From positions 190,067 through 254,066 of the forward strand of contig JADIYP010000005.1 in the NCBI GenBank assembly GCA_016705235.1: DNA of 64,000 nucleotides. The letters are read 5' to 3'. Both the position numbers and the translations under genes were made by a program. Source of the DNA: Candidatus Leptovillus affinis (GTDB lineage Bacteria > Chloroflexota > Anaerolineae > Promineifilales > Promineifilaceae). Positions within the stretch are counted from its first letter, which is position 1. Every line of letters begins with the position of its first letter. This document shows, piece by piece, positions 1 to 10,600 of the stretch. The notes below the pieces were generated by a model. It searched no databases. It was given only the letters and a program-made list of their open reading frames with translations, and was not told the DNA's origin.

Positions 1-1683
1 AGCGCCGCCAGGCAGCAGGTCGAAGTTGATATGGGTAATGGTGCTGTTGGTAACTACTGGCACGCGGTCGGACAGATGATGGAAAGGTTGATGATCGTAA
101 TATTGGCGAGCATACCCTAAAGGCAGGTTGTTACTGTCGTCTACGGCCACGCGATAATCGGCGGCCGGCAAAGCGGTGATGGTATAGACGCCGCTGGCAT
201 CCGTCCAGCCGCTTGCGCCAATCCAGCCGGTGTCGTATTCGTTGGCGTTAACGTGCAAATCGGGGATCGGCAGGCCGGTTGCGTTGTCTAAAACCCGGCC
301 GGTGATGACCCCGCCTATGTCAAGGGTGAAGTTGACGTTGGCATAGTCGTCATTGCCGGCCTGGAGGACAAAGGGGGTGGCGGCATTGGTGTCGCTGGTT
401 TCGTTGTAGTATTCAACGGCATAGACAGATGGCTGGTTGAGGCACCAGTTCCAATCGCCGCTGGCGCGGATTTTGTAGCTGCCGTAGGGGAGGCCGTCGA
501 GGATGTAACGGCCGTTTGCATCTGTGCATGTACCCGCTCCGCCTTGCTCGATGTCGACGCCGATGTTGGGCAAAGGTGTCACGCCGTCGGCCGCGTACAC
601 CGTGCCGGTGATGCGCCCGCCGGGTTGAAGGATGACCGTGACGCTGACGGTTCCGGCGCCAACGATGGGCAAGCGTTGGGCATCGTTTTCATTGAATTGC
701 CCGTCGTACCATTGGTCGGCCCAGGGGTAGGGTGCGTTGACCGAAAGCGTGTAGTTGTCGTCGGGAAGGCCGCCCAGGTAGAAACGGCCGTCGCCGAGGA
801 CATAGGTGTCGCCATACTGCTGTTGGTGGGGATATGGCGTACGCGACCCAATGCCATAAACCCAGGCAGGCGTAACGCCATCATCTTCAAAGACGAAGCC
901 CTGAATAATGCCATAGGGCGGCGTGGTAATTTCTCCGGCAGCGGGTTGGTCGCCGATAATTTCCACATAACCCACGAAGGTGGTATCGCCAATGGCGGCG
1001 GAATCCATGTTATAGATCATGCTTTCGCCAGGGGCCAGCAAGAAAGGACCGTCAGAGCCATCATACTGGCCGTTCAGCCAGAAGAAATCGAGAAAATAAC
1101 TCATGGCGGCCGCGCCGGTATTGGTGAAGATGAACGTGGAGGAAAAAGCCTCGGGGTAGCCAGTGGCGCGATGCAGAGGCTGTAGGGTCAGTGTGTACAG
1201 GCCGGTGGTGGCCAGGGGGGCGTGGTTGGTGATTTGTGGTTCGTAACTTGTCGTCCGAACGTCGCGCTCCATCGTCGGCATTGGTTCGGGGTTCACTGTT
1301 GTCGGAGTCCGGTTTGTGGCATAGGGATTACGGTGTACGGTGTATACGTTACGGCCGTCGGTCAGGTCGCGCTGCCGCCACCAATCAATGGGCAGGTAAT
1401 CGGAGGGAGGACGGATAGGCATATTGCGCTCTGGCAAGGTAAACAAATCAGTGGCGTCCTGAGTTTCTGGAGTTATAGATTGTTCGACAGGGCTGGTGGT
1501 TCTATCGAGAGGGACAGGTAGAAAAGTAAGTTGAGAAGGGTTGTCGGGAACGGCCGTTCCTGGCGCCGATTCTCGCGCAGGCGAGACAATGACCAGTGTC
1601 TGACCATGAGCAAATGACAATAGCATCGATAAAGCCAACAAGGAAAAACCAAGGGAAAATAGAAGAATAGTAACACGGCGCAT
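1..1683 (-). CDS. Secreted protein with repeated carboxypeptidase-regulatory-like (Ig-like beta-sandwich) domains; 3' end runs off the window
   Basis: Absent from the ORF track because it has no stop in the window. My translation of the minus strand from ATG 1683..1681 stays open to base 1 (561 codons). It starts with a signal peptide, MRRVTILLFSLGFSLLALSMLLSFAHG. Repeats follow, such as GRITGTVYAADGVTPLPNIGVDIE..DANGRYILDGLPYGSYKIRAS and GVITGRVLDNATGLPIPDLHVNANE..DASGVYTITALPAADYRVAV. The plus-strand ORFs 544..1185 and 1222..1521 are shadows of this gene. Confidence 0.75.
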   Translation of the reverse strand, partial: MRRVTILLFSLGFSLLALSMLLSFAHGQTLVIVSPARESAPGTAVPDNPSQLTFLPVPLDRTTSPVEQSITPETQDATDLFTLPERNMPIRPPSDYLPIDWWRQRDLTDGRNVYTVHRNPYATNRTPTTVNPEPMPTMERDVRTTSYEPQITNHAPLATTGLYTLTLQPLHRATGYPEAFSSTFIFTNTGAAAMSYFLDFFWLNGQYDGSDGPFLLAPGESMIYNMDSAAIGDTTFVGYVEIIGDQPAAGEITTPPYGIIQGFVFEDDGVTPAWVYGIGSRTPYPHQQQYGDTYVLGDGRFYLGGLPDDNYTLSVNAPYPWADQWYDGQFNENDAQRLPIVGAGTVSVTVILQPGGRITGTVYAADGVTPLPNIGVDIEQGGAGTCTDANGRYILDGLPYGSYKIRASGDWNWCLNQPSVYAVEYYNETSDTNAATPFVLQAGNDDYANVNFTLDIGGVITGRVLDNATGLPIPDLHVNANEYDTGWIGASGWTDASGVYTITALPAADYRVAVDDSNNLPLGYARQYYDHQPFHHLSDRVPVVTNSTITHINFDLLPGGA

Positions 1684-2031
1684 GGATAATCCACCTTTAG
1701 GTAAAGAACCGATGTTGCTTTGCCAATATAAAATTTTTAAACACCAATTTTGGGGCTTTTTAGGGGGGGCAAGCAGCCACTCTCGTCTGTGTTAGAGAGG
1801 TCGGGCTCCCAGTGTTGTCACTATAGATCGCGGAAACAATTAACAGCCAGTGATGAATGTCATCTTAAGGCGATGACAAATGTAAGGAAAATGAGGATTT
1901 GGAAGTCAGGTTTCAGAGTCTCGAACGGTGGGGAACTGGAACATTAATCGCCTGAGGTTAGCTGGATGAGTTCCCAAAATCTTTTATTACGAGAGACGTT
2001 ATGATCGCGTTAAAGCAATTGTAAAAAAGCC

Positions 2032-2140
2032 CTAGCAGTCTGTCGGAGAACCTCTTTTTGTAGCCGGGGTATCCTTACCCCGCCTCTGGAAGACGCGGTA
2101 AGAAACCGCGGCTACGGGTACTTTTCCGACAAACTGCTAG
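2032..2140 (+). repeat. 109-bp foldback (MITE-like) element, copy A
   Basis: The termini CTAGCAGTCTGTCGGAGAA ... TTCCGACAAACTGCTAG are inverted repeats, and the two arms are near-complementary along their whole length. Near-identical copies lie at 7254..7362 (inverted) and 27021..27126 (direct). Confidence 0.85.
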
Positions 2141-2251
2141 TATCTCAACTTCTTCATAATACGGTCAGCCGCACTTATGCCGAATACTTCTATCAAAACC
2201 ACGGGTATTGTCAGGATACCACTCGCCGTAGGCGAGCGTCGATATGGCCTG

Positions 2252-5200
2252 TTAGCGCAAAATCATGGGCAAAAACTGTAGCGGTCCTGCTGCTTTGCAG
2301 CCGCCCACAGAGGTACTACCCAGCGTGCGCGGGGCGACATAGAGGAGGGCGCCATTGGAAAAAGTCACCCATCGCGGCGTGCCGGTGGCATTATACGCAG
2401 TGCATGTGCGATTCCCTGTCATAGGGTCAATGAAGACAGCATAGGTCGGAATGTTTGCCGTCACTGTTGTATCTACTTGGCCGACGGCATTCAAGGTGTG
2501 GAGCCAATGATAGGTATGCGCGGTTGTTTCGCCAGCTTCCTGAGCGCCGTCCGCCACGTAGTTTGGCGCATTGGCCCAACGAGCCAGTGCAGAAGCCGGG
2601 TCGGCGAACGATTCATATTGCCACAAAATATCATGCCAGTGCCCTTCAGCGCCCGGGGCGGCGTAAAGTGCGTTGAGATTGCGAATCACATAATCAGGCC
2701 GGTGTCCGAGATACAGCGAACTGCCCGTCAGAGGCAGAAAATTGATGCCGTGAATCTCTTCAGGGTTGGCCGTCCACCATGTGGCGTAGGCGTTGCCGTG
2801 TCCCCAAAGAATGCCGGTCGTCTCAAAGGGATAAGGTGTGGGGAAAACTTCTTCATCCACATCAAACCAATACTGCTCAATGGCTTGCTGTTCGGTGGTA
2901 TAGATAAATATGCCCGCATCGCGCATTGCCTCGTTGCCTATGGCCGATCCCCATTGAATCATGCCCGCGGCGAAATTCATCGCCTCTGAACTAGACTCTT
3001 GATTATTCCCCGCGCCAAATGCTTGATGCCCGGCCGCCCAACTATGCCCTGCATAAGCATCGAAGTGACGTAAATAGGGGAAGCGGGTATCTGTGCGCTC
3101 CCAATTGGCGGCATCCCGTACCAATAATTCGATACTGCCCTCATAGTTAGCCGCCCATGCCGGGTCATACTGCGCGATTGTCGCCGCCGTCATCACGTAG
3201 TAGCCCCAATGAAAATTGTGGTCGTTAATCTGGCTGTCGGCGCCAAAGCCACTGGGATACCCTTGCAGCACATTCCAGTTAGTATCCAAATAGAAGAGAT
3301 GGGGAATTTGTCCATCGAACCAATCTTCCATGGTTCGTTTGAGATAATTCAGGAAGCTGTCCCGTTCGGTTATCATCCCTTGTTGGTGCGCAAGATGAGC
3401 AAGTTGGGCAAGACGATTGAAATTTTTCCCTTCCCAATATGTTTCGCGTGTGTCGGTGGTGTAGTCATAGTTGCCGCTGGGGTCGTACATATCCTGAATA
3501 TATGCTCGTAGTTGGGCATCCGTGTACCCATCGCGGTTCTCAATTGCCAGATCGGGCAAGGCAGGTATTACCCCGCCAAACTGCATCTGCGTGGTAAACG
3601 CATCTGCCTCATAAAGTCGCATCTCTCCCCGCGAGGTGGTGTAACTTAGCCCCGTATTGGTGGGCGCGTTGGCCAGATTTAGCCATTGGTGCCGGTAGAG
3701 CGCGATGAGCGGTAGAGGCGAAAGCGTGCCGCCAGACTCTTTGGCCTCCGTGGTGAGTTGGAAATTAGTAGTGACTTGTTGGGTGGTCCCGTCCACGTTG
3801 TAATCAACGCGCGTGTGGGTGACAAAGTTGTAGGCATGTTGGCGAAACAACTCTAATGTGCTGGCGTTGTTATCTGGCAGAGCGGCTACCGCCAGGTAAT
3901 TGGCTCCGGTGGGCGCATTTAGCGTAATGTTCAGGCCATCTTGCGTCCATGTAGAGCCTGTGGGAGCAAAGAGGGCGTAGCGCGAGCCAAAATTGTTGCT
4001 GGCCGTAAAGGCGAAGACCTCTCCGTCGTTCACGATATCCAGAGGCGTAGCCACCAGCTTAATGACGTAAGCGCCGCCTGTCTTTGTAAAGAAGACATAG
4101 GGTAAGCCGTGGCCGAAAGTGGCGGAAAGGGAGTTGACGCCATCGTCCCAAAAAGCCGTTACGGTCCAATCGGAGTAGTCATCAACGCGGGTATTTGGGG
4201 CGTTCAGGCCGGCCACGGTTACCTTGAGATGCTCTGCCCCAGGGCCGGGCAGCAGATAGTTGGCGTAACCAGTTATCGCTCCGGTAGGCGCGGTGTTCGT
4301 GCCCGCCTGAAGCTCCCGTGTGTAGCTCATGCGTAAACCATCTGGTCGCGCTTGCATGGAGAAGGGGTGGGGGTGCATGATTTGGGAATAGGGTTCACGG
4401 GGCGGAGCCGATGCCGCGCCTTGGTTCCAATCCCAGATGAGCGAACTCCACCAATCGTTGGTTTGCAGGGGGCCGTTGTAGCTGCTTGTGATCTTGGGGG
4501 TTGCTGGACTATAGCCGGGGTTATCTACGGCCGGCCAGTAGGTGACTGAGGTTTCACCGGCGGGGAGGAGGGTTGTATAACAGCCGACACCGGGAAGGGC
4601 AACGGCCGTATCAGGCACACCGAGACAACTCACAGATGCCGGGGTGGGAATGGCTGTGGGAAGTGGCGTTGCCGAAGGAATGGGTGTAATCGTGGGTGTT
4701 TGGTAAACCGTTGGCGAGGGCGTGGGGGTGATTGTGGGGGAAGATGTCGGGGTTGGCGTGTCACAACTGCCGGTGCTTATATTGGTAAAGGGCAGGACTA
4801 ACCTTGATTGCTGCCCTTCGCTGCTCGTAGCTGAGGTGCGGACATCACTCGGCGCTCCGCCGATGGCATTCCAGAGATGAATTTGAATGATGCCATTGGT
4901 CAGGTTGCTGTAACTGCCTACGGCCGTTTGGATGCCCCCAGAGTTGGTATGAGTATAGGTTTCCCAATCCACAATGGGATTGGTGGCAAAGTAGTTATAC
5001 GTTTCAACGCGGTCAGCCGAGCCGTTGCCGTCGAAGTCATAGCGAATTTCGGCATGGATGCCATTGCCAACGGCCGTGCCGGCATCGACAAAGAGCGCAA
5101 ATTGCGTCGGCTGATTGGCGTAAGTACCGCTCACTCCTGTAATTTGATAGACAAGATGAGCGCCATTACTGGCTTGAGGCATTGTGTCTTTGTCGGCCAA

Positions 5201-5422
5201 AGTTCCCCCAACAAACGCCAAATCGGCGTTCACCCCAACAGACGCGCCATCTATCAGATAAAGTGTGTTGCCGGTTATGTCACACGCACCAGATGTGTGG
5301 AGGGGCGTAGATGTAAACGCGGATTGGGTGATAGATAGAATCAGGGGGAGGAGAAAGATAATTAGGGCGAGGGGAAACAGGAGGGATGAAGAATGCGCCG
5401 GCATTTTAAGAGACAATTTCAT
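2252..5422 (-). CDS. Glycoside hydrolase family 81 endo-beta-1,3-glucanase (secreted, with N-terminal accessory domain and Pro/Thr linker)
   Basis: 1056-aa ORF with an N-terminal signal/TM segment (LLFPLALIIFLLPLILS). GH81-type motifs are present: TNDWWSSL, SQINDHNFHWGYYVMTAATIAQYDPAW and RHFDAYAGHSWAAG...NNQESSSEAMNFAAG. Confidence 0.85.
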   Translation of the reverse strand: MKLSLKMPAHSSSLLFPLALIIFLLPLILSITQSAFTSTPLHTSGACDITGNTLYLIDGASVGVNADLAFVGGTLADKDTMPQASNGAHLVYQITGVSGTYANQPTQFALFVDAGTAVGNGIHAEIRYDFDGNGSADRVETYNYFATNPIVDWETYTHTNSGGIQTAVGSYSNLTNGIIQIHLWNAIGGAPSDVRTSATSSEGQQSRLVLPFTNISTGSCDTPTPTSSPTITPTPSPTVYQTPTITPIPSATPLPTAIPTPASVSCLGVPDTAVALPGVGCYTTLLPAGETSVTYWPAVDNPGYSPATPKITSSYNGPLQTNDWWSSLIWDWNQGAASAPPREPYSQIMHPHPFSMQARPDGLRMSYTRELQAGTNTAPTGAITGYANYLLPGPGAEHLKVTVAGLNAPNTRVDDYSDWTVTAFWDDGVNSLSATFGHGLPYVFFTKTGGAYVIKLVATPLDIVNDGEVFAFTASNNFGSRYALFAPTGSTWTQDGLNITLNAPTGANYLAVAALPDNNASTLELFRQHAYNFVTHTRVDYNVDGTTQQVTTNFQLTTEAKESGGTLSPLPLIALYRHQWLNLANAPTNTGLSYTTSRGEMRLYEADAFTTQMQFGGVIPALPDLAIENRDGYTDAQLRAYIQDMYDPSGNYDYTTDTRETYWEGKNFNRLAQLAHLAHQQGMITERDSFLNYLKRTMEDWFDGQIPHLFYLDTNWNVLQGYPSGFGADSQINDHNFHWGYYVMTAATIAQYDPAWAANYEGSIELLVRDAANWERTDTRFPYLRHFDAYAGHSWAAGHQAFGAGNNQESSSEAMNFAAGMIQWGSAIGNEAMRDAGIFIYTTEQQAIEQYWFDVDEEVFPTPYPFETTGILWGHGNAYATWWTANPEEIHGINFLPLTGSSLYLGHRPDYVIRNLNALYAAPGAEGHWHDILWQYESFADPASALARWANAPNYVADGAQEAGETTAHTYHWLHTLNAVGQVDTTVTANIPTYAVFIDPMTGNRTCTAYNATGTPRWVTFSNGALLYVAPRTLGSTSVGGCKAAGPLQFLPMILR

Positions 5423-5437
5423 GGGAATATCTCGCTT

Positions 5438-5453
5438 CTGAAAACGATTTCAG
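5438..5453. promoter_or_regulatory. LacI/CcpA-type operator-like palindrome CTGAAAACGATTTCAG, 16 nt upstream of the GH81 start
   Basis: Near-perfect TGAAA-N-CG-N-TTTCA palindrome read directly in the sequence. A second copy lies at 5589..5602. Confidence 0.45.
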
Positions 5454-5588
5454 AAAAATTGAAGAATAGTGGAGAAAATTTCAGTTAATGATACGGCAAT
5501 CAGGCATTCTGTCAACGAAATCGACAAAATGATACCGAAATGGCGATATTTGTTTCATTTTTTAGATTATTTTAGGGGTTTTTAGTGT

Positions 5589-5602
5589 TGAAATCGATTT
5601 CA
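5589..5602. promoter_or_regulatory. LacI/CcpA-type operator-like perfect palindrome TGAAATCGATTTCA
   Basis: Perfect 14-bp palindrome in the AT-rich GH32-GH81 intergenic region. Confidence 0.45.
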
Positions 5603-5717
5603 GAAGTGAATCAACAAAGTTATTGTTGGCCCATCTCCACTGGGGTAGAGCAGCCCTGACGATAAAAGTAGAGCTAAGACACGCTCGGCAAAATGAGGAG
5701 TCTATCGTTGCAGCAAA

Positions 5718-7232
5718 CTATGTGGGCGGAGTAATGGGGGGCGAATTGAAAACGGCCGTTTTCAATTCAAACACCTCTAACGAGTTCAAATGAACAGCGG
5801 CCCCTTCCGTGAAAATATCAAATTCTATGCGGCTTTCATGCGGAAACAGCCGTTCGCTAAAACAAATCAGCCCATCGCTGGCAAATACTTCAACCATGGA
5901 ACGATCGACAAAAATATGCAGGCGCAAACGGCCGTGATGCAAAGGAAGCTCAGTCTGGTGTACGCCGGGGAAATCCGCATGGAAATAAACCTGCCCCGCC
6001 TGGCGGCGGTCCGTATATAAGATTTGTTTTTGCGGGTCATAACCTATTGTCATGGCATTTTCGTGACCAGACAGTACCCGAACGCCAAAACAATCCGCCT
6101 TTACCACACCCTCAAATTCAGCCATGATCTCTAGCGTGGTTCCTTTGATAATAGGATGAAAAGGGGCATCCGGTTGAATAGTCGCGTTGGTCCAAATCCA
6201 GCGAGTATGACGCAGCCGCTTGAGTTCGGAAACAGGCTGTTGAATCAGGCGAATACCGGCATCCGTTTTCACCAGCTCCAGCTCTCGCGGAATACTCAAG
6301 TCTCCACGCCAGGCAGACGTGGGAATAGCAGCCGCATAACGCCAATTATTCATCCAGGCCAACCAGATACGACGGCCGTCCGGCGCATCATGCCATGATT
6401 GGGCCGCGTAAAAATCTGCGCCAAAATCGGCCCAAAACACACAATCGCCTGGCTGGTCGCAGGTGAATGTATGGCCATCAAACGTCCCGATAAAATATCT
6501 CGTGCCGCTTCTGCCCCCCGGCATTCTGTTGTCGAGGCCAATAGCTAACACCCAACGGCTTTCGGAACAACCCGCCACCGGCAGTTGAAACAAATCGGGC
6601 GTCTCCCACAAACCGGTTGCGGCGCTTTGTGGATGGCTGAAACGGCCGTTTTCCTGCCAATCAATCAGATTATCCGAGGTGTAAAACAATATCTGATCGT
6701 TAGCGGCCAGCGACATGACCCAATGGCCCGCACCCTCCTCCGCTTGATACCAGATCACTTTTGGGTCTCGGAAATCACGCAAATGCGCCGGCGTAGGAAT
6801 GATGGGATTGCCCGCGTACTTTGTCCAGGAACGGCCGTTGTCTGTACTATAAGCCAGACTCTGACTTTGATCCCTCGTGTCAGGGTGATGGTGGGTAAAA
6901 AACAAAATCATCGCCTCCTCACCAAAACCCGCGCGATTGTGCCAATCAATGACCCCACTGCCCGAAAAAATATACCCCAATTCATCAGGAAACAAGGCGA
7001 TGGGTAAATGCTGCCAATTCACCAAATCTCTACTGACCGCATGGCCCCAATGCATCGGCCCCCAGACCGTGTCATCCGGGTAAAACTGGTAAAACAGATG
7101 GTACTCCCCAGCATAAAACACCAGGCCATTCGGGTCATTCAGCCACCCCTTCCGCGGCGTGAAGTGAAATTGTGGGCGGAACGGCTCACTCAGCACAAGC
7201 GCCGGCGATGTAGATATGTCATCTCTGGCCAT
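5718..7232 (-). CDS. Glycoside hydrolase family 32 (beta-fructofuranosidase / sucrose-6-phosphate hydrolase / levanase type)
   Basis: FHFTPRKGWLNDPNGLVFYAGEYHLFYQFYP matches the WMNDPNG catalytic box. Also present are FRDPKV (the RDP motif) and WETPDLF (the EC-type acid/base context). Confidence 0.9.
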   Translation of the reverse strand: MARDDISTSPALVLSEPFRPQFHFTPRKGWLNDPNGLVFYAGEYHLFYQFYPDDTVWGPMHWGHAVSRDLVNWQHLPIALFPDELGYIFSGSGVIDWHNRAGFGEEAMILFFTHHHPDTRDQSQSLAYSTDNGRSWTKYAGNPIIPTPAHLRDFRDPKVIWYQAEEGAGHWVMSLAANDQILFYTSDNLIDWQENGRFSHPQSAATGLWETPDLFQLPVAGCSESRWVLAIGLDNRMPGGRSGTRYFIGTFDGHTFTCDQPGDCVFWADFGADFYAAQSWHDAPDGRRIWLAWMNNWRYAAAIPTSAWRGDLSIPRELELVKTDAGIRLIQQPVSELKRLRHTRWIWTNATIQPDAPFHPIIKGTTLEIMAEFEGVVKADCFGVRVLSGHENAMTIGYDPQKQILYTDRRQAGQVYFHADFPGVHQTELPLHHGRLRLHIFVDRSMVEVFASDGLICFSERLFPHESRIEFDIFTEGAAVHLNSLEVFELKTAVFNSPPITPPT

Positions 7233-7253
7233 GAATCTCCTTCATCGGTGTTT

Positions 7254-7362
7254 CTAGCAGTTTGTCGGAAAAGTACCCATAGCCGCGGTTTCTTACCGCG
7301 TCTTCCAGAGGCGGGGTAAGGATACCCCGGCTACAAAAAGAGGTTCTCCGACAGACTGCTAG
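7254..7362 (-). repeat. 109-bp foldback (MITE-like) element, copy B (inverted relative to copy A)
   Basis: Reverse complement of 2032..2140 with about one mismatch. It begins 22 nt upstream of the GH32 start codon. Confidence 0.85.
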
Positions 7363-7674
7363 GGTCTGTATAGTTCCTTCAATCCGGTTCTTTAGGATTT
7401 CGTGGGGTATCGCCCAATGTAGGGGCGGGTCTTGTACCCGCCCAGACGAGGGCGACCACAAGGATCACCCCTATATCGGGTGTCAACCCCCTGAATTCCC
7501 AAAGAACCGTCAATCCTTAATTTGCAATCCATCGGACAATTCGCTTACCCATAGTACTAATAGGCTATATTCTCCTTCTCGTTACGCCCTGACACAGGCC
7601 TCATTTCTACGTCTCCTTCACGAAGTCAATCTCCTAAGTGGATACAATGAACCTGTGAGTTGCCATAAACGTGG

Positions 7675-10600
7675 ATGCGCGAAATCTTACCCCACAAACC
7701 CGGCCATTCTATGCATTTTGGTGGCCCTGTTGTGAACGCGAGTGCTTTGCTCCTGTCGGCGCTTACAGGAATCATCATGACCCTATCTTCTCCCACCAAA
7801 GCAGTCACACGAATACGCATCTATGGGACGCTGTTTGTCTTGATGGCGGTGGCGCGCTACTTGCTGCCGCCCGATGCCTGGCAGGGCAACCTGACGCGCC
7901 ACATGGCGCTGGAATTTATGGCCGCCATGCTGGCCGGTTTTGTGGGGATGTTGGCGTTGGTGCGCTATTTCACGCGCCGCGACAACGTGTTTTTGTTCAT
8001 TGGCGTTGGCTTTGTAGGAGCTGGGCTGTTGGATGGCTTGCATGTGCTGGCCATCTATCCGCATCTGGCTGATATTTTGCCCTGGCTAGAGTTTGCGCCG
8101 CGCTGGATTTGGAACACGTCACCGACGTTTCTTTCGATTTTGATATTTGGCAGTTGGCTGACGTGGCGGCGGGAAGTGGAAACGGGGTGGTACGGCCGTA
8201 TGACCGGCCGCCGCCTATTTATCCTCATTTTCAGCCTCACGCTGGTCAACCTGCTGCTGTTTGTATTGGTAGCTCAAAGCGAAGCCGCGCCCACGCTGCC
8301 CCTGGCGCGCGTCGAACTGTTTATCTCCACCACGTTTTACCTCTGGGCGCTGGTTAATTATCTGGCCAAAGGCCATTGGCAGCACGACGCCTTTGAGCAT
8401 TGGCTGGTCGTGGCCTTGCTTCTCAGCTTCTCCGGCCAGATGTTTTTCATGTTTTCCTCCGTCGCATTGTTCGACGCCTTCTTCGAAGTCGCTCTGGCCT
8501 TGAAGCTGGTGGGTTATTTTTGCGTGCTGGTCGGGTTGATGGGCAGTATTGTCATTATCTTTCGACAGGCGGCCGGCAGCGCCGCCCAATTACAGCAGGC
8601 CAATGATTTATTGCAACAAGAGATAGCCGAACGTCAACGGGCGGAACGGGCCGAGTATGAGCAGCGCCGTCTGGCCGAAGCGCTGCGCGAAGTGGGCAAC
8701 GCCCTCAGCGCTACCCTGGATTTTGACCAATTGTTGGAGCGGCTGCTGGACCAGATTGCCCACGTCGTGCCCTATGACACGGCCAATGTGATGTTGCTGC
8801 GCGGCGCGGAAGTGGACATTGTGTGTACGCGGGGATACGGCCGTTCCCAAACCCCGCTCATCAACCACTTTGCCCTCGTCGAGATGCCCAGCTTGCAGCA
8901 AATGGCCCAATCCCGCCAACCCCTTGTCATTCCCGACATCTCCGCCGATCCCGACTGGGTGCGCGCCGACGCATCGCCCCACGTGCGCTCCTGGGCGGGC
9001 ATTCCCATCGCCGTGCAGCAAGAAGTGGTTGCCTTTCTGGCGCTAAATTACAGCCAGCCCAATTTTTACCAGCCGGCCCACGCCACGCGCCTGGCCGCGT
9101 TTGCCGGGCAGGCGGCCATCGCCATCCAAAACGCCCGCCTGTACAAAGCCCTCCAGCAGCGCGTCGCCGAATTAACCACCCTGAATCAGATCAGCCACGC
9201 CGTCACCTCATCGCTGGATTTGCAGACCACGCTGACCATTGTCACGGCGCAGGCTACGCGGCTGTTAGACGTGGATGCGACCTCGGTGGTGTTGTTGGAC
9301 CGGGAGCAGGGCGATTTGTGGTTTGCCGCCGCGTTTGGGCAGGCGGCCGAATTTGTGCGCGGCAAGCGGCTGGCGTTGGGCCAGGGTATTGTGGGCTGGG
9401 TAGTCGAGCATGGCCAACCGCTGCTGATCACCGACGCCAAGGCCGACCAGCGCCACTTTCCCAATTTTGACGAGGTGAGCAAATTTACAGCGCGCACACT
9501 TTTATGCGCGCCCCTGCAAGTAAAAGGGCAGACGATTGGCGCGATAGAATCCATCAACAAAGCCACCGGGCCATTTGACGAGGCCGACTTGCGCCTGCTG
9601 ACGCTGTTGGCCGGTCCGGCGGCGGCGGCCATTGAAAATGCGCGGTTGTACGAACAGGCGCGGCGCGAGATTGAGGAACGGCTGCGGGCGGAGGCGGCCT
9701 TGCAGGCAGAGCGCGCCCAACTGGCGCAGCATGTGGCGGAGCGCACCGCCGACCTGAGCGCGGCGAATGCCGAACTGGCGCGTGCCAACCGGTTGAAGGA
9801 TGAATTTTTGGCGTCGATGAGCCATGAACTGCGCACGCCGCTGAATGCGCTGTTGGGCATCGGCGAGGCGCTGCAAGAGGGCGTGTATGGCACGCTAAAC
9901 AACAACCAGAGCCGGTCGCTGCGCAGCATTGAAGAAAGCGGCCGTCATCTGCTGAATTTGATCAACGATATTTTGGACCTGTCCAAGATTGAGGCCGGCA
10001 AGCTGGCTTTAGAGCCGGGACCGGTGTCGGTGCGGGAGGTGTGCCAGGCGAGTTTGCGTTTTATCCGGCAAGAGGCGCACAAGAAGGCATTGCTGGTTGA
10101 TTTGTCTGTGGACCCGGTCGTAACCACGATTTGGGCCGATGAGCGGCGGTTGAAGCAGATTTTGGTGAATTTGTTGAGTAATGCGGTGAAGTTTACGGCC
10201 GTTGGCGGCCACATTGGTCTGGAGGTGCAGGGCGACGCGGCGCAGCGGGCAGTCTGTTTTGTGGTGTGGGACCAAGGCATTGGCATTGCCCCGGAAGACA
10301 TGCAAAAGTTGTTTCGGCCGTTTGTGCAGCTAGACAGCCGCCTGTCGCGGGAATACAACGGCACCGGTCTGGGACTCTCGCTGGTGTATCGCATGGCTGA
10401 ACTGCATGGCGGCAGCGTTGGCCTGACCAGCGAGGTGGGGCGCGGCAGCCGGTTTACGGTGAGGCTGCCGTGGGATCCGGCGGATAAGCTGGGCCGGCCG
10501 GTAAACAAAACGGCGCAGTCGCCGACGGCCGTCCAGGCCACGGAGGGTAAACTCATTTTGTTGGCGGAGGATAACGAGATTTTTATTGAGACGGTGGGCG

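Noticed and set aside
315-1694. Track ORFs 315..521, 544..1185, 579..992, 1222..1521 and 1473..1694
   Set aside because: All lie inside the longer minus-strand frame 1..1683, which has a signal peptide and recognisable domain repeats.
7419-7473. Hairpin GTAGGGGCGGGTCTTGTACCCGCCC...CACCCCTAT upstream of the sensor kinase
   Set aside because: It looks like a small repeat type seen in many genomes, but only one copy is in this window. I could not tie it to a function, so I did not promote it to a finding.
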